From contig JADFDB010000001.1 in NCBI GenBank assembly GCA_018263175.1, positions 260 through 64,259 on the forward strand: a DNA stretch of 64,000 nucleotides. Reading direction: 5' to 3'. A program made the translations under genes and the position numbers. Under the pieces are notes generated by a model, which was given only the letters and a program-made list of their open reading frames with translations, had not been told where the DNA came from and ran no database searches. Shown here in pieces: positions 9,771-18,473 of this stretch; within the stretch, counting starts at the first letter, position 1, and the number at the start of each line of letters is the position of its first letter. Source of the DNA: Spirochaetota bacterium. Lineage in GTDB: Bacteria; Spirochaetota; UBA4802; UBA5368.

Positions 9771-11194
9771 CCTTCTATCCTAAATGCCTGACGACAATCA
9801 TGGCGATCGCCTTCGCTGCCGCGCCGCTTTCGGCCGCCGAGAAACTGTCCCTGAGCGAGGTCGTACGCCTCGCCATCGAGAACAACAACAGCTACAAGAC
9901 TTCAATCGAGGCCGTGGAGGAGAGCAGGTTCAAGGTCCGTGAATCGTGGGGCGCGCTGTGGCCCTCGCTTTCGACCGATGTGTCGTATACGAGACAGGGC
10001 GCCGACGCGGGATTCAACGCCAACATCGACGGGCGCTACGACATCAAATTCATCAACGGTCAGATTACGGTGAACCCCGGCGTGTTTTACAACACGCTGC
10101 AGGCCTCGCGAAACGCGCACATCGCGGCCGAAAACAACGCGCGCAAGGTGAAGAGCGAAACGGTCGTGCGCGCCATACAGGGATACTACCGGCTGCTCCT
10201 CGCGCGGGAGGGCGCGGCGATGAGGGAGGAGTCGTTGAAGGCGCTCGATGAAAATCTCAAGACCGTTACCATAGGGTACAACAAGGGCATATTCTCGAGG
10301 CTGGATTATCTGCGCGCCCAGGTCGCCTTCTCCAACGAAAAGACCCAGCTCATCAACGCCGAAAACGATGCGCTTTCGGCCATGGCCGACCTCAACATCC
10401 AGACCGGCAACGATATCTTCTCCCGGTTCGATCCGGATCCGGCGGCCATGGAAATAGACCGGGGCGATCTTTCGGCCATACCCTCCGAATCCGTTGATGA
10501 GCGGAAGCTCCTCGTCGCGATGATCGGCGAAGCCCTCAAGCACCGCCCGGAGATCATCCAGATAAAAAAGACGAAAGAGATGAAAGAAAATATCGCCGCT
10601 GCCGCCGAGGCGATCTACCTGTGGCCGTCGCTCTTCGTAAACGGCAGCTACGGGACCTCAAAATCCATAAGCTCCGAGTCCGGGAGCAAGCCGCCGCCGG
10701 ACCCCGTATTAGATCCTATCGGCTATCAATTCTATCAGATGATGTCCGGCATGCAGGAAAGCCTCGCGCCCTCAGCATGGAACAATTCGTGGAATATCTC
10801 GGTAGGCGCGAGTTATCGCTGGGGCGCGCTCTCGCCGCTCGATTCCTCCCACGCCAGGGGCAGGCAATCGCGAAGCTCGGCGAAGCAGACCGAATACCAG
10901 TTAGACGACTTCATTAAAGGCGTCAAGCTCGAGATTCAGCGCGGCTACCTCAAGCTGAAGGCCGCGCACTCCTCCCTGGCCTCCCAGCAGGGAAACGTAA
11001 AAACTGCCGAGGAGGGACTGAAGGCGGCCATAACCCAGTTTCGCAACGGCATCATCGACAACACCAAGCTCCTCGAGGCGAATGTCCAGCTCATTACGGC
11101 ACGGACGCTCTATATACAGTCGCTCTACGACTTCCAGGTCGCGCGCGCCGAGCTCAACCGTGCGATCGGTGTCGAATATTTTTCCGTGCGCTGA
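9767..11194 (+). CDS. TolC-family outer-membrane efflux protein
   Basis: Signal peptide MTFYPKCLTTIMAIAFAAAPLSAAE. Two-repeat OEP architecture with coiled-coil segments. Position in an efflux operon. Confidence 0.8.
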   Translation: MTFYPKCLTTIMAIAFAAAPLSAAEKLSLSEVVRLAIENNNSYKTSIEAVEESRFKVRESWGALWPSLSTDVSYTRQGADAGFNANIDGRYDIKFINGQITVNPGVFYNTLQASRNAHIAAENNARKVKSETVVRAIQGYYRLLLAREGAAMREESLKALDENLKTVTIGYNKGIFSRLDYLRAQVAFSNEKTQLINAENDALSAMADLNIQTGNDIFSRFDPDPAAMEIDRGDLSAIPSESVDERKLLVAMIGEALKHRPEIIQIKKTKEMKENIAAAAEAIYLWPSLFVNGSYGTSKSISSESGSKPPPDPVLDPIGYQFYQMMSGMQESLAPSAWNNSWNISVGASYRWGALSPLDSSHARGRQSRSSAKQTEYQLDDFIKGVKLEIQRGYLKLKAAHSSLASQQGNVKTAEEGLKAAITQFRNGIIDNTKLLEANVQLITARTLYIQSLYDFQVARAELNRAIGVEYFSVR

Positions 11195-11219
11195 AAGCGC
11201 GTACGGCGGAGAAGATGCA

Positions 11220-12182
11220 ATGAAAACAAGCGTAAAACGAGCCATCACCGTCGTTATAGTCATCATCGTCCTCATCGCGGGCTATCGGGTCGCGAGGCTG
11301 GTGATCGACAAAATCGCCGCATCCCGGATCACGGAGACGGCGAAACGCGTACCGGTCAAGGCAGCCGCCGCTCGCCCTACCGATATGGTGCGCACGCTGA
11401 AGCTCACCGGCGACATCATCGGCACCGAGGTCGTCAATGTCTTTCCTCCCGCGCCCGGCAAAATCGAATCCATTTTGATAAAGGAGGGGGGCCGGGTCGG
11501 CAGGGGCGCGGTTATCTTCAAGATCAACCGCGACATCGTCGGCATGGAATACAACCTGGCCATCGTCGAGTCGCCCATTAGCGGCCATGTGGGCAAAATA
11601 ATGGTCGACCGTGGCATGACCGTCACCATGGCCACGCCGCTCGCGCAGATCGTCAACATGTCCTCCGTCGAGGCGGTGGCCCGCATCATGGAGGAGAGCA
11701 TCAACCGGGTCGAGATGGGCATGCGCGCGCGCATCGGCGTTTCGTCCTTTCCGGGACAGGTCTTCACGGGCCGGGTGTACAAAAAGAGCGCGGTGCTCGA
11801 TCAGCTCAGCCGTACCCAGGAGGTGCGGATACGGCTCGACAATCCCGGCATGCGCCTGAAGCACGGCATGTTCGCGGACATCGAAATCATCCTCGGGGCC
11901 AGGACCGGCGTCCTCGCCGTCCCGGTCGACGCGGTGATGACCGACCTCACCGGTGCGACGAGCGTCTTCGTGGTCGAAAATGGGCACGCCAGGAAGCGCA
12001 CTCTCCGGACCGGAATAACGGTCGACCACCTCACCGAGGCGGTCTCGGGCTTAAAGGCCGGAGAGATCGTCGTGACCCTGGGGCAGGAGAACCTTTCGGA
12101 CGGCGATGAGCTCATCGTCTACCGCGAGGATGAAACCTCCGCCCCAGGGGCGAAAAACGCTACCCCTGGAGAAAAGCGATGA
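11220..12182 (+). CDS. RND efflux periplasmic adaptor (HlyD/MFP family)
   Basis: Start MKTSVKRAITVVIVI (TM anchor). Lipoyl/beta-barrel MFP motifs (GKIESILIKEGGRV, ISGHVGKIMVDRG). Stop overlaps the RND start. Confidence 0.8.
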   Translation: MKTSVKRAITVVIVIIVLIAGYRVARLVIDKIAASRITETAKRVPVKAAAARPTDMVRTLKLTGDIIGTEVVNVFPPAPGKIESILIKEGGRVGRGAVIFKINRDIVGMEYNLAIVESPISGHVGKIMVDRGMTVTMATPLAQIVNMSSVEAVARIMEESINRVEMGMRARIGVSSFPGQVFTGRVYKKSAVLDQLSRTQEVRIRLDNPGMRLKHGMFADIEIILGARTGVLAVPVDAVMTDLTGATSVFVVENGHARKRTLRTGITVDHLTEAVSGLKAGEIVVTLGQENLSDGDELIVYREDETSAPGAKNATPGEKR

Positions 12183-15100
12183 AAATCACCGAAATGTCCG
12201 TCAGCAGGCCGATCACGGCGATGATGATCTTCTTCGCGCTCATCGTGCTCGGCTACGTGGGCTTTTCCAAGATGCCGCTCGACCTGCTGCCCGATATCGA
12301 GTTCCCGATTGCCGCGGTCATCACCGAGTACAAGGGCGTGGGTCCGAAAGAAGTAGAGAGCACGGTCACGCGTCCGCTCGAGGAATCGCTGGCCGGAATC
12401 AACAACATCGACACCATCACCTCCACCTCGAAGGAAGGAATGTCGATGATAATGGTTAAGCTCATCTGGGGCACGGACATGGGACTCGCTGTCTCGGACA
12501 TACGCGAGCGCGTCGATATCGTTAAAAAATTTCTCCCCGACGGCATCGAGACGCCCATCGTTCTGAAGTTCGACGTGTCGATGATGCCCATCATGGTCAT
12601 GTCGGTATCGGGCAACCGCGACCCGAGCTTTCTTCGCGAGTACGCCGAGGACAAACTCAAGAACATGCTCGAGCAGGTCGACGGCGTGGCGTCGGCCACC
12701 ATCAGCGGCGGCCAGAAGCGCGAGGTCAGGGTCGAGCTCGTCAAAAATCGCATGGAGGCGTACGACATCGCGATCGAGTCGGTGGTCTCCATGGTGGGGC
12801 TTGAAAACATGAACGTGGCCGGGGGCGACATCAAGTCCCCGCATCGGAAGTACACCCTCCGCACCAAGGGCGAATTCGAATCGCTCGACGATATCCGAAA
12901 GGTTGTCGTGACCGTCAGAAACAACACCCCCATCTACCTGAACGACATCGCACGCGTCTACGAGGCGCCGGCCGAACGCAAGGAGATCGTGCGGCTGAAC
13001 GGCGAAAACGGCGTCATCATCCGCATGAACAAGCAGTCCGACAAGAACACCGTCATCGTCGCGCGCGACATAATGAAACAGCTCGAGGAGATTAAAAAAT
13101 CCCTCCCGAGGGGCATGGAGATCACGCCGATCTTCAACCAGGCGGAGTACATCGAACAATCCATCAAGAACGTCATCGACAACCTCTGGCAGGGGGGGCT
13201 CATCGCGATCCTCGTCGTCTTCGTTATGCTCAGGAACCTGCGCTCGGCGCTGATACTCGGGCTCTCCATCCCGGTTTCAATCATCGCGACCTTCATCGCC
13301 ATGTATTTCTTCGACATCTCGCTCAACATGATGTCGATGGGCGGGCTGGCGATCGGTGTCGGCATGCTCATCGACAACTCGATCGTCATCCTCGAGAATA
13401 TCTTCCGGTTCAGGGAAAAGGGTGCGCGTCCCGTCGAGGCGGCGAAGCTCGGCGCCGACGAGATGGCCATGGCCATAACCGCCTCCACGCTCACCAATCT
13501 GTGCGTTTTTATCCCGTTCTTCTTTACGACCGGGCTTGCCGGCCAGCTCTTCCGGCAGATGGCGCTCACGATTACCTTTTCCCAGCTCTGTTCGCTCCTT
13601 GTGGCCCTGACCCTCATCCCGATGTTGACCTCGAAATACATCCGGTCCATCAGCACGCACCACACCGGCCGGGCCGCCTTCCTCAATACCGTCTTCGCCT
13701 GGAGCGAGAGCCGTTTCGCGCGCCTGGAGGGGGTTTACTCCCGCGTTATACGCTGGGCGCTCGATCATCGCCGGCGCGTGGTCGCCTACACCGCGCTCGC
13801 CGTCGTCGCGGGGCTCGCCCTCATCCCCGCGGCGGGCATGGAATTCATGCCCGAACAGGACCAGGGACAGGTGACCTTTATCGCAAAGCTCCCGGTCGGC
13901 ACCAATCTCGATACGACTGAAAACATCATGCGCATGGTGGAGGAGCGCATACAGCGGGTCGTTCACCGCAGCGAATACCGCGTGGTCAGCATCCGCGCCG
14001 GGTACGGCGAGGGCCTCGCCTCCGCCTTCGGCGAGACAACCGATCATACGGCCAAGGTCGAAATGCGGCTGGTCCCCATATCGAAGCGCGACCGTTCCGA
14101 GCACGACATTCGAGCGGCTTTGCGCGAGGCCGTGGCCGATATCCCCGGCCTCAGCTTCAACTTCACCGCGCAAGGCCAGGGTGCTCTCGGCGGTGGAGCC
14201 CAGATTTCGGTCGAGGTGTACGGCTACGACTTCGACCAGTCGAAGGATTTCAGCCTTCAGATCCAGAAGGCGATCACCGGCATTCCGGGCCTCAAGGACA
14301 TCGAAATCTCGCGTGAAGAGGGCCTTCCCGAGCTTGTCATCGAGGTAAACCGTGAAAAGGCGTCCAAAATGGGGCTCAACGCCTCCTATGTCGCCAATAT
14401 GGTAAAGGACAATGTTGCCGGAAAAATCGCTTCAATCTTCCGCTTCGAGGGCAAGGAGTATAACATATTCGTCCGGATGAGAGAGGAGGACAGAAAAAGC
14501 CTCGACGACATCAAGTCGCTCATGGTGCGCACTCCCTCCGGAACGACGGTGCCGCTGGGAAATGTTATCGATATCAAAGAATCGAGCGGCCCCTCCACCA
14601 TTCAGAGGAAGAAGCAGGAGCGCGTAATCTACATCAACTGCAAGGCCGAGGGCCGCGACCTCAATTCCGTCGTGCGCGACATCCGGGCAAAAATCGAGAC
14701 GCTTCCCAAGCCGAAGAACTTCTATGTACAGATCGCCGGGGCCTACAAGGACATGCAGGAATCATTTCGCGACCTGGCCCTCGCGCTCGTCCTCGCGATT
14801 GTGCTCATTTACATCATTATGGCGGCGCAGTTTGAATCCTACGCCTACCCCTTCGTCATCATGTTCTCGGTGCCGACGCTCATCTTCGGCGTGATGGTAT
14901 TTCTCTTTCTGACCGGCACCACCTTCAATGTCGTCGCGTTCATGGGAATTCTCATGCTCTCGGGAATTGTCGTAAACAACGCGATCGTGCTGGTGGACTA
15001 CACGAACATCCTCAAGGCCCGCGGTCTTTCGACGCGCGAGGCCCTCATCGAGGCCGGAAGAAAAAGGCTCCGCCCGATACTCATGACCACGTTCACGACG

Positions 15101-15289
15101 GTCTTCGCCCTGATCCCGATGTCTATCGGTATCGGCGAAGGCGCCGAGATGTCGGCGCCCCTCGCACGCACCGTCATGGGCGGCCTGAGCTCCTCGTTCA
15201 TCTTTACGCTGGTCTTTGTGCCGGTGGTGTATTCGCTCTTCGAGGACGTTTCAGCAAAACTGAAAAAACGATATTCAAGGAAAAGGTAA
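12179..15289 (+). CDS. RND efflux transporter permease (AcrB/HAE1-like)
   Basis: 1036 aa, 12-TM RND topology. [26 protein letters not shown]-terminus typical of AcrB family. Confidence 0.9.
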   Translation: MKITEMSVSRPITAMMIFFALIVLGYVGFSKMPLDLLPDIEFPIAAVITEYKGVGPKEVESTVTRPLEESLAGINNIDTITSTSKEGMSMIMVKLIWGTDMGLAVSDIRERVDIVKKFLPDGIETPIVLKFDVSMMPIMVMSVSGNRDPSFLREYAEDKLKNMLEQVDGVASATISGGQKREVRVELVKNRMEAYDIAIESVVSMVGLENMNVAGGDIKSPHRKYTLRTKGEFESLDDIRKVVVTVRNNTPIYLNDIARVYEAPAERKEIVRLNGENGVIIRMNKQSDKNTVIVARDIMKQLEEIKKSLPRGMEITPIFNQAEYIEQSIKNVIDNLWQGGLIAILVVFVMLRNLRSALILGLSIPVSIIATFIAMYFFDISLNMMSMGGLAIGVGMLIDNSIVILENIFRFREKGARPVEAAKLGADEMAMAITASTLTNLCVFIPFFFTTGLAGQLFRQMALTITFSQLCSLLVALTLIPMLTSKYIRSISTHHTGRAAFLNTVFAWSESRFARLEGVYSRVIRWALDHRRRVVAYTALAVVAGLALIPAAGMEFMPEQDQGQVTFIAKLPVGTNLDTTENIMRMVEERIQRVVHRSEYRVVSIRAGYGEGLASAFGETTDHTAKVEMRLVPISKRDRSEHDIRAALREAVADIPGLSFNFTAQGQGALGGGAQISVEVYGYDFDQSKDFSLQIQKAITGIPGLKDIEISREEGLPELVIEVNREKASKMGLNASYVANMVKDNVAGKIASIFRFEGKEYNIFVRMREEDRKSLDDIKSLMVRTPSGTTVPLGNVIDIKESSGPSTIQRKKQERVIYINCKAEGRDLNSVVRDIRAKIETLPKPKNFYVQIAGAYKDMQESFRDLALALVLAIVLIYIIMAAQFESYAYPFVIMFSVPTLIFGVMVFLFLTGTTFNVVAFMGILMLSGIVVNNAIVLVDYTNILKARGLSTREALIEAGRKRLRPILMTTFTTVFALIPMSIGIGEGAEMSAPLARTVMGGLSSSFIFTLVFVPVVYSLFEDVSAKLKKRYSRKR

Positions 15290-15293
15290 GGCA

Positions 15294-15578
15294 ATGACCC
15301 TCATGTTCATCGTTTACAGCAACGCCGTCGATGACGAAGTGCTCGAGATCGCTCGCCGCCACATCGACGGATACACCCGGTTCTCCGGGGTACACGGCGA
15401 AGGCAGCGGCGAGCCCCACCTCGGTTCCCATGTATGGCCGGGTGTAAACAACTGCGTGATGGCGGCGGTGAACAAAAAGCAGGAGGCCTCCATCGGGGAG
15501 GAGGTGCGGGCGTTGAGGGAGAGATTTTCCGGTGTCGGCATACGGGTGTTTACGGTCCCCCTGCGGGAGATGTATTGA
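15294..15578 (+). CDS. small PII-like (GlnB-fold) protein immediately downstream of the RND pump
   Basis: 94 aa. Predicted beta-alpha-beta-beta-alpha-beta pattern with a Gly-rich loop ([19 protein letters not shown]) in T-loop position. Starts 5 nt after the RND stop. Reminiscent of the PII-NG group reported next to metal-efflux RND pumps. Confidence 0.45.
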   Translation: MTLMFIVYSNAVDDEVLEIARRHIDGYTRFSGVHGEGSGEPHLGSHVWPGVNNCVMAAVNKKQEASIGEEVRALRERFSGVGIRVFTVPLREMY

Positions 15579-15709
15579 CGGCTCAAAGGGCGGACGGCCG
15601 ATGCGGGCGGGGTTTTTGCAAAATAAATGTATTGACGGGCGGAAAGTTACCGGCCACAATCCGTACCGTCGCTGTCACATTAAACCTTTCACAAACGAGG
15701 AGCACCGGA

Positions 15710-15940
15710 ATGAAAAAGATCGGATTCCTGATTCTGCTTGCGGCCTTCTGTGCATCATCGATCGCACTTGCGAATCCAAAGATTCAGGCTAAACACAAGG
15801 GCCATAAAAAGGACGGTAAGATGATCAACTGTACCTACTGCCACACGACCGCCAAAATCGAGAAAAAGAAAGGGTACGGCATAGCGCTGATCAACAAGAA
15901 CCCCTTCTGCACGGGATCCGGATGCCATCCCGTAAAATAA
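15710..15940 (+). CDS. small secreted Lys-rich protein with CXXCH and CX4CH motifs (putative small c-type cytochrome / metal-binding protein)
   Basis: 76 aa from ATG 15710 with gagga RBS. Signal peptide MKKIGFLILLAAFCASSIALA. CTYCH at about residue 42 and CTGSGCH near the C-terminus. Putative promoter TTGACG-17-CACAAT upstream. Confidence 0.5.
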   Translation: MKKIGFLILLAAFCASSIALANPKIQAKHKGHKKDGKMINCTYCHTTAKIEKKKGYGIALINKNPFCTGSGCHPVK

Positions 15941-15965
15941 GCTGAAGGAACGGCCATACACACTT

Positions 15966-16003
15966 GAAAAAGCATGTTCTACGCGGATCATGCTTTTTTT
16001 ATT
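15966..16003 (+). terminator. rho-independent terminator
   Basis: aaagcatg-(12 nt loop)-catgcttt stem followed by ttttttt. Directly after the small CXXCH gene. Confidence 0.7.
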
Positions 16004-16015
16004 TGACGTACGTCC

Positions 16016-17158
16016 GTGCATGATGTCTCATTATCGATCGCAGGCCCGCGATCCGAAAGAACCATGCCCGGAATCATAACCCACAGCAGGCTTTTCCGCG
16101 AGTCACTTTCCTCACTGAGCAGAGCGAAAGACGCCTCACCCTTCTCTAAATCGATCGAGGCCCTCTACAGCGTTCCCGAGCGGCTCAGGGCCGGTTTTTT
16201 CGGCTCCATCGGTCCCGATATCTTCGACTACCTCCCGGTCGCACGAAGGGATTTTTTTGGGACCTCGCTCAGCATGCAGCTCCATTCCCCGCGGCTCTCC
16301 GAAAGCCTGGGCGCGCTTCTCTCGCGGACGCTCCTGGTCGGAGATTTTAACAATGAATGGTCGTCGACACGGCGTGCATACGTGTACGGCTATGTCGCCC
16401 ACCTTATTGCCGACGCCGTCTTCCATCCGTTCGTCTACTACTGGGCGGGTTTCCCCGACAATGGAAGCCGCTCCGAGATATACCGGTACCGCGAGCAGCT
16501 TCTGCTGTTCCAGTACAACCTGGACCTCTTTTTCCAGTACCACTACAACAGCCGGGTATTCGAGTTCTCAACCGAGGAATTTCTTCCGCTGCGGCGCGGC
16601 CGCGGTGGAATGCGGATTCTCGATTACCGGATCAAGAGCCTGCTCCTCGAGACCCTGGCCGAGGCCTGTCCCGCGGAGCTCTCAGGCCTGCTATGGACCG
16701 CGCGCAATCCACTGCACACCGACGGGACCTGGAAAAGCGGCCCGATCGACCTGATCCCCTCCATACTGCGTCACAGCTACCGGATCAAACGAAGCGACAG
16801 CAGGGCGCTTCGGAAGCTTATGGACAGGCTGAGAATCCGCCGCAGGTTTTTCCCCGATTACGTAACGCGCTATCCCGAGCCGAGGCGCATGAACCGCCAC
16901 GCCCTCAACCTCCACCGTGAGCGCTGGTTTCATCCGCTCGGATCGCCGGGCCTGCATTACGAATCCGTTGAGGATCTATTCAAGACGGCACGCGACCGCA
17001 CGGTTGCCGTGTGGGAAAGGATGGAATCGATGCTGTACCGCGGAGTGACCGACGTTTCATCGCTCGTCGCCGAACTTTCGGTCGACTCGTACACCGGCGA
17101 AGCGGGGAGCCGACCCTTGCAGATGAAGATTAAAAAGCCCCTCCACCTGCACCTTTAA
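16016..17158 (+). CDS. zinc-dependent phospholipase C / S1-P1 nuclease superfamily-like protein
   Basis: N-terminal GIITHSRLF. GSIGPDIFDY. Metal-binding-like HLIADAVFHPF (HxxxDxxxHP). Alternative start 16064 (MPGIITH). Confidence 0.4.
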   Translation: MHDVSLSIAGPRSERTMPGIITHSRLFRESLSSLSRAKDASPFSKSIEALYSVPERLRAGFFGSIGPDIFDYLPVARRDFFGTSLSMQLHSPRLSESLGALLSRTLLVGDFNNEWSSTRRAYVYGYVAHLIADAVFHPFVYYWAGFPDNGSRSEIYRYREQLLLFQYNLDLFFQYHYNSRVFEFSTEEFLPLRRGRGGMRILDYRIKSLLLETLAEACPAELSGLLWTARNPLHTDGTWKSGPIDLIPSILRHSYRIKRSDSRALRKLMDRLRIRRRFFPDYVTRYPEPRRMNRHALNLHRERWFHPLGSPGLHYESVEDLFKTARDRTVAVWERMESMLYRGVTDVSSLVAELSVDSYTGEAGSRPLQMKIKKPLHLHL

Positions 17159-17197
17159 GAGCGCGCTGCACACGGGCCTTCCACGTGCCCTTTTCGC

Positions 17198-18403
17198 TCA
17201 GCGTATATGGCGAAGGAGCGCGTTGAAATGCAGGCGGGAAAGGCGCTGCAGTTCCGCCACCGGCAGAGTCTTCAGCATCGACGGAGTTTCGACTATTTCC
17301 TTTTTGCCCGTTTCGGCCGCCACATAGCGTATATAATTCATGGCCGCTATCCTGTGCGGGTTGGTGCTGTTGTAATCGAGATAGGCGTAGAGTACCGAAA
17401 GGCCCAGGTACGCGTTGGCATAGATCGTGCTCGAAAGCGCAAGCTCCTCGCCCGACACCTGGTCATAATAGTTGAAGGTGTTATTGAGTATCTTGTGCGT
17501 CAGCTCATGAATCTCGAAGAGCTTCCATATCTCGCCCCGAATGGATTTCGAATTATCGAACGCCCTCGCCAGACAGTATTTGATATCCTCGCTCACCCTG
17601 GCCCCGACGAAAAACATGGAATCGACACCCTCGCCCGTAAGGATCCTCCTGGCGATTACGTAATCGTTCTGCACCTCATCAGGGTTTATGTATATCATGT
17701 CGAAGTAGAACGTCGAATTGCTGGTCGAAAACTCATCGTAGTAGATGAATGGTATGATGTTATAAAAACGTTCGCTCGTATTGAAAAGCGGATGGCTTAT
17801 CGTAAGCGGCTTGCGGGCGCCGAAGATGCAGTAATCGAGCAGTATCCGCTCCTCATCGCTTCCCTTCCGGTCGCGCGAAAACCTGAGGATGATATTGCGT
17901 TTCTCGAGTGCGTCGCGCAGCGAATCCAGGGCCTTATCGCCGTATTTCCCCGGCTGGAGGCTTGCATTGAGCAGCTGCTCGGCCAGGCGGTAGATGACAG
18001 GCTCGCGCAGATTCTTCAGATAATTCCGGTATTCCGCGATATGGAAGCCGTCCTTCTGCATCTTCTCGACGGGGATACTGTGCTCCTGAATCATATTGAC
18101 GAAATGAGGATTCTCGTTGAAAAGCAGGACGACATAGGCGTAGAGTTTGCCGTTGGGCGTGCGAATATTGATAAAGCTCTGCGAATATGAGTCATCCTGC
18201 GCGCCGTCTCCGTGAACGTCGGCCCTCAGGTTCGAATCCGACCATAGCGCGGCCGCGCAGAAAATCATCCACGCCGTCACGATTCTTCCCACGATCCCTT
18301 GCCCGCTCAGCACCGATCCACGCTCCTTGACGTCTCGACCGCTATAGCCGGAAACCGTCCCTTTCGGCATACACAGCCGAACGTCGGACAGGCTACGCCG
18401 CAA
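17198..18403 (-). CDS. hypothetical exported protein with HExxH zinc-metallopeptidase-like motif
   Basis: 401 aa, normal amino-acid composition (N/Y/F/K rich), whereas the overlapping + strand ORF is Arg-rich junk. FEIHELTHKI contains HExxH. Possible signal peptide if started at MIFCAAALW (18268). Locally lower GC than neighbours by eye. Confidence 0.5.
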   Translation of the reverse strand: MRRSLSDVRLCMPKGTVSGYSGRDVKERGSVLSGQGIVGRIVTAWMIFCAAALWSDSNLRADVHGDGAQDDSYSQSFINIRTPNGKLYAYVVLLFNENPHFVNMIQEHSIPVEKMQKDGFHIAEYRNYLKNLREPVIYRLAEQLLNASLQPGKYGDKALDSLRDALEKRNIILRFSRDRKGSDEERILLDYCIFGARKPLTISHPLFNTSERFYNIIPFIYYDEFSTSNSTFYFDMIYINPDEVQNDYVIARRILTGEGVDSMFFVGARVSEDIKYCLARAFDNSKSIRGEIWKLFEIHELTHKILNNTFNYYDQVSGEELALSSTIYANAYLGLSVLYAYLDYNSTNPHRIAAMNYIRYVAAETGKKEIVETPSMLKTLPVAELQRLSRLHFNALLRHIR

Positions 18404-18473
18404 CCGTTTAAAAACACAAATAGAATTTACTGCAAGCGCCGGCTTCCGGCAAGGCTGGTCGCGGGAATTATCC

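Noticed and set aside
12119-14173. Long minus-strand ORFs (346 and 298 aa) inside the RND permease gene
   Set aside because: Asp/Arg/His-rich nonsense composition. The + frame is an unmistakable 12-TM AcrB-family protein.
15434-15709. Upstream extension (168 aa) of the small CXXCH ORF
   Set aside because: The extension is Gly/Arg-rich and overlaps the PII-like gene. The ATG at 15710 has an RBS and is followed by a signal peptide.
18221-18250. GGTTCGAATCC (tRNA T-loop-like) motif
   Set aside because: It lies inside the HExxH protein CDS. Flanking sequence cannot form T-stem or acceptor-stem pairing, so it is not a tRNA.
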